A stretch of DNA of 64,000 nt from Yuukianura sp. NJ FZ-2021 (taxonomy: Eukaryota), in NCBI GenBank assembly GCA_046563655.1, contig CM102285.1:7812001-7876000 (forward strand), in the 5' to 3' direction. Below the pieces are notes generated by a model. The model had not been told where the DNA came from. It made no database searches and saw only the letters and a program-made list of their open reading frames with translations. Both the position numbers and the translations under genes were made by a program. Below are positions 56,247 through 64,000 of the stretch, piece after piece (position 1 is the stretch's first letter; each line of letters begins with the position of its first letter).

Positions 56247-59117
56247 TGCTGGAAGAGGGAGTCCTGAAGATGAGTTCGGTTTCCCCGCAGCAGTGACAGT
56301 GAGAAGATTTTCAGATTTGATTGGTCCCAAACGTGTTCGAAATAATCTCAGTTTCTTAATTGTTATACTTCGTCCACCTTGAATGCTACTCGAGGACTGT
56401 TGCTATTGTAGGTCCAAATGGATACAGGCGTCGGTGTACGTCCGTTCCTGACCCTGCCAGAACACGAACAAAAGCACCCGTGCCTGAAGTGAAAGTTGGT
56501 TTTATAAATGTCAAAGTTCCTCTTAAAATTGAGTTAAGAACTTTCAATATACTATTAAGGTACAGTACCTCTCACAACCTTTTGGTTGCATACACAGCGA
56601 GGGGCCTTCTCTCGCGGAAATCACGAGATTGACCTGGAAACTTGGAAACTCGGAGTTTAGACTGGCGCCTTGGGCCCCTCGCCTATCCAAAGATGAGTAT
56701 GACTTTGAATTCAATCAGCACCACGTTAGTATTTTGGCATCTGTAAATTCGAACGAATGTTAGCATAAACGCTTATGTCTGATGTTGGTTGTATCGTATT
56801 AAGTGTGAGTTAATGATACTGTTCTGGGGGTTCCTTTGTTTAATTCCCCTTTGAAATAGGGAAACTCGTAAGATGACTTCCTTCCACCGTCCTCAGATTT
56901 CCATTCTGTTTTCTTTGGAGCTGATGGCGCACCGAGGTCGGGTCAATCCGGGTAGTATTTGCTTCACAGTAGTGATGTCACGAATAGCTTACTTGGTCAT
57001 TCGTGCATTCCTAATTGTCACTGAAACAAAAGAAGGAAACCCGAATCAGGTACTATTTTTGCATTTCTACTACTACCTACATCCTGACCGACAGCCAATT
57101 TTGTTCACTGTGTAATTACCTACCAATAACCCATGCCAATGAAAATGATTCTGATTAGTCTAGTTTTTAGTATGGACTTAACGAATAGGCTTAAGGTTTG
57201 TCAAGGTTAAGAATCAGTATCAGTTTCAGTGGGGCACTGTACCACACCCAATGTTTGCTTACCTCTTTCCTGCAGGCTTGTAACTTGTAAGATACTATCT
57301 ACGGAGTTGTTTTGTCCTACGCTGCAACACGTACTTTTGTTGTTTGTGTTGGGCTGGAAGTGGCCTTGGATAAGCGAAATGCGATTTGGTGTAAATGTAA
57401 AATGTCAAAGTTGAGGTTGAGACGGTGGGTTTGGTGGATGACGTCTTTCACTTTGCTCCAAAAGTGAAAACAAAAGACAAAGTGCGCGCTTCTCTCGCCT
57501 TCCTTATTGAGTTACTCTGCCCCGCCGTATTGCTCCAATATCGCTACAGAATGACCTAACCTAATATGGAATACTGTAGTAACGACGCTGGACGCTTATA
57601 AGCTTGTTGCATCTCCAGCTCCACTTTCAGTTCGTATCTTCTTCGATCCAAAACATGTGTTAAACTCATTTCTTTTTATAAATTAGCTTTCACCGCATAG
57701 GACTCATGGGCTACCAAATGTGGAAACCACGTCTATGAAATGCTTAGAAAGTCTTCAAAAAGCTAATATTAAACATTTTATCATAAACTTATGTTCACGA
57801 AGTAGATGTCCTGAAAAACTCTCAAGTCAGAATGTTGTGGACCTACACCCATTGTTGTTGTTCCGGAATATTGAGGTTTGCACAAGTAAGCAAACCCTTG
57901 TTGTTAACACCTTCAACATTGAATAACTTCCTTTTGAAGTTACATATGTCATGAATTCAACAATACTATCATATTGATATTACTACTAGAAGTACTATAC
58001 ATTTCGCAGGCTCTGGGTGAAATGGGTTAGTGGCAGAGATCGCATGGGGGAGATCCTCGGCCAACCTGGCCCATCAAGCGACAGATCAGGAAATGAAAGT
58101 GAAGAGGAGAAAGGAAGGAATGAATTGTGAAAATTTAGATACTAAAAGCTTTGTACGGCCGCTCAGAGATTTGTTGCCCACTTTCACCAAAGCATGGACT
58201 GAAGAAACTCTCGATTCTCAAACTTTTGACCTTGACATTCACTTTTAGACCATCACGTTAGTATCGTCACAATAGCAATTACAGCGTACGAGTTGCGCAC
58301 AATTTCGTAAGTCCATGCCTTTTGGTGAAAGCGAGTATTAAATCTTTTCAAACCCTAGCAAGGTAGATACTGAATAGTCTTTGCTGTTTGCTTGCACTAA
58401 AAACCTTTTCATTTCAATTCGGTCGACAATGAATACTAAAGGTTTGAAGAGTTGTGTACAAGTGAAAATTTGTAAACTATAAGAAAGATGATGATGAATA
58501 TGAATTTTACAATGAACAAAGGAAGAAGATGCAGTGTTGCGAAACTTTTTCAAACCTTCTAGTGATGCTCAGCAGGTGAAAGCGAAAGGTTCGTGTGAAT
58601 TCGGAGAAAGCGAACCGTTTTCCAGGGTGTAATGAAAAGCAGTTGAATTGGATTTTGTCAAAAAACAGCGCAGCGCAGACACGGTTTCAGCGATCTCTAG
58701 GACTTAGCACTAAACAAATGAACTAAATACCACTAGCAGAGTGGGCAGGGAATTGGGTTTTCTTCTAGTATAAAGATAGGTAAGATTTAAAACCCTCGTC
58801 ATCAATAAAAAAAAACTCTTCGAATTTGATCGTGTTAATTTGGTGTAATCGTTGTCCACGTGCCCTAACGTTAGTAAGCAAGCTCGCGTGTACCTCCAAG
58901 TACTCATAAAAGCAAAGAATTTGGAATTTTAAAGACATTTTAAGACGAGTTTCTTTCAATTTCAATTGCAGCTTAGGAAAGATTGAAGGGAAAAGTGAAG
59001 TTACCGTTGAAGGAACGGACGCCAGAGCCAAGGGAAACTAGAGTTGGTGGGCGACATCGACATCAATCAATCGGCCTGCCTTTTAGTCGCACTCTTCATC
59101 GTGGTAAAGACTTAAAA

Positions 59118-60707
59118 ATGGCAAACGCATCTAAGAAAGCCGATGAAGCCATGGAACATATTCGAGCGGCAGAGAAAAGGTAATTTGATCAGTTGATGTG
59201 ATTGTCATTTGTCATGAAAGAACAGCTGATTCTGCTTGTTCTTATGTCTATTGATTTAACACCGTGACATTGTTTTAGTTTGAAGACGTCACTACTTAAA
59301 TGGCGACCGGATTACGACATTGCTGCAGAGGAATACAACCAAGCAGGTGAACAACCTATTACGATTATTAACTCCTACTTGACATGAAATTGTTATTAGT
59401 CCTTAGTTTATGTCATTGTCACCTTATTCATTTCGTTTGCGAACAAGTTCTCGAAAATCATCTTCTGGAATAGTAATTACTATGGCTCTTGCTGTGTCAA
59501 TACTTTGATATAGGATTTTAATTTATTATTTTTACAGCGACATGTTACAAAAGCATCAAGGCATATCAGGAATGCAAGCAATGCCTTCTCAAGTGCGCAG
59601 ACTGCCACAAGCAGAATCGAAGGTAAGAACTGAAGTATTTTCTTCCCACGAGTAACCAATAACTAATTTGGCAGAGCAGTATTTAACCTGGATGGAATGA
59701 ATTTGTTCTGGTTAGTTTATTTCATGCCGGAAAATGTCTAGAAAATGCGACCTTGATCGCCAAGGAGCTCAACGATCCAATGGAAATAGCCAATTTGGCT
59801 GAACAGGCTTGCCACTTATACCAGATTCACGGTAAGTGAAACAAGTTGGTCTCCATCAATTTGCGACTGTTTTGTACTTCGTACTTTATCTTTTCTGAGA
59901 ACTTAAACTATTATGTTCTAGGAACACCCGATTCTGGAGCTCTGTGTCTGGACAAGGCAGCGAAAATGATAGAAGTGGAACATCCAAAAAGAGCAATCGA
60001 TTTGTATCGTCGTGGCATTGATGTTGTAATGGTAAGATGAGAGAAGCATATTCTGCTAAATTAGTACAAGGTAATGAACGTTACTGTTAAAACTTCGTTC
60101 CTCTAGATTGAAGATCGACCTCGTCAAGCTGCTGAGTTCTGTAGCAAAATGTCTCGTCTCCTCGTTCGACTGCGCATGTACGACGAGGCAGCAGATGCAA
60201 TAAGGAGAGAAATTGGGCTGAATCAGCAAGGGGAGAACATTCCAGCGGTTGGGCGATTGGCCGTAGCTCTAGTCCTAGTTCAGTTGGCGCGAGAAGATTA
60301 TGTGGCAGCAGAAAAAGCGTTCAAGGAATGGGGAAATTGTTGCGAAGTAGAAGAAGTTCAGACATTGGAAACACTACTGCGAGGCTACGACGAAGAGGAC
60401 CCTGAGGTTGCCCGACGAGCTCTGAATAGTCCGTTTATCAAGCACATGGACGTGGAATATTCGAAGTAAAATCAAATCAATAGAAAAAGAAATGTTATCT
60501 TGTAACTGATCTGTGCCTAACTCTTGTGTTGTGACATTTAGGCTTGCGCGTGACCTACGACTTCCTGCAGGTCTTGTCCAGGCTTCCAAACCCCAAGTTC
60601 GTGAGAATGCTGCACCCAGTTATAAGTCCGTGAATCAAGCGACGCCTCCTGCTGCTCCTGCACCGGTCGCTGACGACGGCGAGGACGATGGAGTGGAACT
60701 CTGCTAA
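59118..60707 (+). CDS. NAPG: Gamma-soluble NSF attachment protein
   Basis: AEKSLKTSLLKWRPDYDIAAEEY, ALVLVQLAREDYVAAEK, LNSPFIKHMDVEYS and acidic tail ending LC; 7 exons. Confidence 0.95.
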
Positions 60708-62118
60708 TTTGCACGGACTAATCGTTCCAGCTAATAACTTTAAACTACTAAATTGTAAACTTAAGCTTCAAACAGGTAAAAAAAACTTTGAAGTTAAAAA
60801 TAATTCCTTCAAGGTTGGCTCACTTTAAATGTTATGCAAGAACGAGATTTAGACTGCAGAAAATTGCAAGCTATCCGTTTCAACTTGCCAAATATGACAT
60901 TTTAAGATATCTATTAGCACCTTCAAAATCGTAGGGTATTAATAACCTAACCTTTAACCTTTTCCCACTGAAGAACTTGGTACTTGTGCTCGAATGTTAG
61001 CAGTAGACATTCCATAACTTTTGTTCTACAAGGTTCACTTTTCAACAAACAGCAGGAGAACAGCAAACAGTTCTTCCGCTGGATTACATTAGAAAAAGTT
61101 TAACTTTCTTACGTCAAAAATAGTTTTTTCAGTATGTTAGGCTTCCTAAAAGTTGAACTTTCCAACTTCATTTTTATTTTTAGTTGATATTGAGAATCAC
61201 TACAAAATGCACAGAAATAGCAATAAGGATGCTGGACGCCTATACCAATTTTGGTAAAGGTTAATCCAATTTGCTTCAGTTTTCTCAAAGTCAAATGCTC
61301 CTTTTTGATCTTCTGAAGCGTTCGCTATTTCAAGTTTAAATGTCACCGTGTTGAACTTTCGAAACGAACGTCACCGCTGCCTGATGACGCCATTTCTGTT
61401 TTGACTTAAAGTTTATACTGTCCCTTGAAAATAGCCTCTCTGTTATGAGGTTGCACAAAACTAAACTATATGTATTCTAACGCTAAAGTATCCATCTTAA
61501 ATAATTATCTCCCCATTTGGATTAAAATGCGAATTTAGAAAGTAAATTGGAATTTGGAAATAAGAAGAAAAAGAAGTTGAAGAGTATTGTAAAAATTAAT
61601 TTCGAAACACTCCCCAAAATATTTACAGTCATCTCTCCATTTATTTCGTGACTTGAAAACAAAAATATGTTATTTGGTAGTTGGCAATTGGCATTGATTA
61701 GTGCTGTTAAAATGCATACAATAACCTATACGATATGCACATAACTCCTACTTACACTAAATAATTCTGTTAATTAACTCAATTATAATCAAAATATTAA
61801 ACTGAAATCTCATTTGTGATGAAGTAGTAAGCTGACAAGTGACAAGTTATAGTATTTAGAAATTATTTTATATTATAAGCACATTACATTATAGCCTACA
61901 TTAGTACATTCAGAAGGAATTACATATTTCAAAAATATTCAAATAGCCAGCGAAAGTTAGTAAGCGTGTGACGACGTGTGAAGAGCTGTTTACGAGTGGA
62001 CTTGGGTAAAAGTACGTTTTGGGTCAAAGGTCAAGCATTTTGAGCACATTTCAAATTAAAACTCGGGTAGTGCTCGGTCGTACAAAGAATGAAGCGGAAT
62101 TTTTCTCATTGAAATCAA

Positions 62119-62977
62119 GGTTGAAGTAAACTTGGGCCGCGCGCCTGTCCCCACCCGTTCAAATTTTCGCGCTGCTTCAATTGTCCCCACCCATTGTCCC
62201 CACTTGGTGGGGACAAATGTGTCCCCACCAGCCTTAAACAACGACTCCACCTAGCGGTTGGTGTCGAACTAACGAATTCGAGCTGGCAACGTTGTAGTTT
62301 TGCTTCAATGTAAAAAACCCACTGTAGAAAAGGCCACCAGGGACTAGGGCAAATGTAATCACTATTGCCAGCTTAACCAAACCTAACGCCGCGCCTTCGG
62401 CGCGGAAACTGCATTGTACCAAGAAGTTTCGGGCTGAAACTACACGAAGAAGTTTCTTTGCAGTTTCCGCGCCGAAGGCGCGGCGTTAGGTTTGGTTAAG
62501 CATGCAATAGTGACTATGTCTGTAGATTTCGCTGATTGTCCTACAATAGTGATTTTTTCTGTAGGCTTTTCTGACTTATACTTGGTTTCCCCAAATTGTG
62601 CGTTGGGAGTGTATCCTTTCTTTTGTGACCCCTTCGCAGCCAAAGTGCTGGGAGTCTCGCTCAGCAGTCACAAAAGAAAGGTGGCAAAAAAAATACACAG
62701 GCGGAATATAGTTTTGGAACGGAGCATAGTCTCACTATATTTATTACCTGTGCCCTGGGTGTAGGCAATGGAGCAACGGTACGACGTTGCCAGCTCGAAT
62801 TCGCTAGTTCCACTTCAGCCGCTAGGGGGAGCCGGTGTAAGGCTGGTGGGTACACTTTTGTCCCCACCAAGTGGGGACAAATGTACCCACTCGGTGGGGA
62901 CGCTGGGTGGGGACAATGGTGCAGCGCGAAAATTTGAACGGGTGGGGACAGGCGCGCGGCCCAAGTTTACTTCAACC
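62119..62977. mobile_element. MITE with GG...CC termini and 8-bp TSD (Merlin-like, alternatively MULE)
   Basis: Perfect TIR of more than 55 bp starting GGTTGAAGTAAACTTGGGCCGCGCGCC; TSD GAAATCAA at 62111-62118 and 62978-62985. Confidence 0.9.
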
Positions 62978-63402
62978 GAAATCAACCGACTGTTCCGTCG
63001 CATAACGTAGGAGGGAGTGACCTTAACGTAGTTGTAATCTAGCATAATGTCGTAGTAAGTTTAGTATAGTGGTGAAAATGAAAACGTTTTAACCGCAATT
63101 TTAACAAAAAAAAAGTAAACCACTTAAAGTAAGTGATTGGATGCCATAAGGTTAAATTAAATTTCAACCCACTTTGATGTTTTGAACCAGATTAGTTTTT
63201 CGTACTTCTTTTTCAATTTAAAATATTCTCATATCCGGAATAATTGTGATAGGAATTTTTTTTGAAAAGTTAAGCAGGTACATGAGTTCCGTTCCAAACA
63301 ATTTCGGACAGACAAAGTTTTAGTAGTACAGAATCGAAGTTTCTCTAAATCGTAAGCAGTATTGCCCTACTATTTAGGATTTGTAGAAACATATTTCTGT
63401 TT

Positions 63403-64000
63403 TTACATTGAGCTTGGCTTGGGAAGTTTGGGAAGTTTTGGTTTCTTTTTATCAGTTCTTTCATGATACTCTTGAAAGCAGGGAACAATACAGAGATTGA
63501 TATGGCACTCGGGACACTGGTACTTCGTCTTCCGCCTCAAGATTCGGCCGCACTGGTCAACCGAATTCCAACAAAAGTTGCAACCTAGGGCTGGTCCAGG
63601 TCTTAGAACTGGACAATGACCAGAACGCTGTACTGGCGGAGTTCCTTCCGGGGCAGAATCTTCTTCCATAGAAACAGAGAAGCTGCCAGCGGCATCGCTC
63701 GCTCCAGTTCGGTGCGTCGTCCTCGGTTCGGGTTCATCCGCGGAGCTTCCTGGGGATACACTTAGGCCGCCTTCACTCTTATAAACTTCCATGTCTTTGT
63801 TTCCCGTGTGCTGGATTCGAGTAAATCCACTGCCTCCGCTAATGTTTCCGCTTCCTTCAGGTACTGGGGACAGAATTTGAATAATTCCGGTACTCGTGTC
63901 GACAAGGTAAGTGCTCTCTCCGTAAGATTCTTCTCCGGATGTATGGGGAAGGTAATACGTAAGGGTACTGGGTTTAAGTCCGGAAGGTCCAGGACTCGTC
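63403..64000 (-). CDS. 3' exon of a gene ending in a piggyBac-type Cys-rich zinc finger (partial)
   Basis: The frame is open from the window edge to the stop at 63403. HCP...CNFC...RRKTKYQCPECHINLCIVPCFQEYH follows a low-complexity S/G/P linker. Confidence 0.8.
   Translation of the reverse strand, partial: TSPGPSGLKPSTLTYYLPHTSGEESYGESTYLVDTSTGIIQILSPVPEGSGNISGGSGFTRIQHTGNKDMEVYKSEGGLSVSPGSSADEPEPRTTHRTGASDAAGSFSVSMEEDSAPEGTPPVQRSGHCPVLRPGPALGCNFCWNSVDQCGRILRRKTKYQCPECHINLCIVPCFQEYHERTDKKKPKLPKLPKPSSM

Overview
AT-rich eukaryotic DNA with short GT-AG introns. It is arthropod-like, and the intronless divergent ionotropic receptors suggest a springtail or other hexapod (inference). Bases 1-24 kb form a TE-dense accessory zone. 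It holds a divergent MAD1-like gene and its decayed tandem paralog, nested DNA-transposon MITEs, a 5'-truncated L1/Tx1-like retrotransposon, a solo LTR, five DINE-1/Helentron-type (HINE) segments, three divergent IR-like genes and two DUF5648-like genes. Bases 28-64 kb hold more conserved genes: a Cip/Kip CDK inhibitor with a 2.8-kb foldback in its intron, a tetraspanin, TMEM245, a securin candidate, VPS26C, two uncharacterised genes, gamma-SNAP and the 3' end of a gene with a piggyBac-type Cys-rich finger. The most striking structure is one HINE apparently split into two halves 12.5 kb apart. The intervening block starts with a terminator-less HINE 5' end, ends with a HINE 3' end, and carries five host genes or pseudogenes, which would fit read-through rolling-circle gene capture. 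All family calls are from manual motif recognition; no searches were run.
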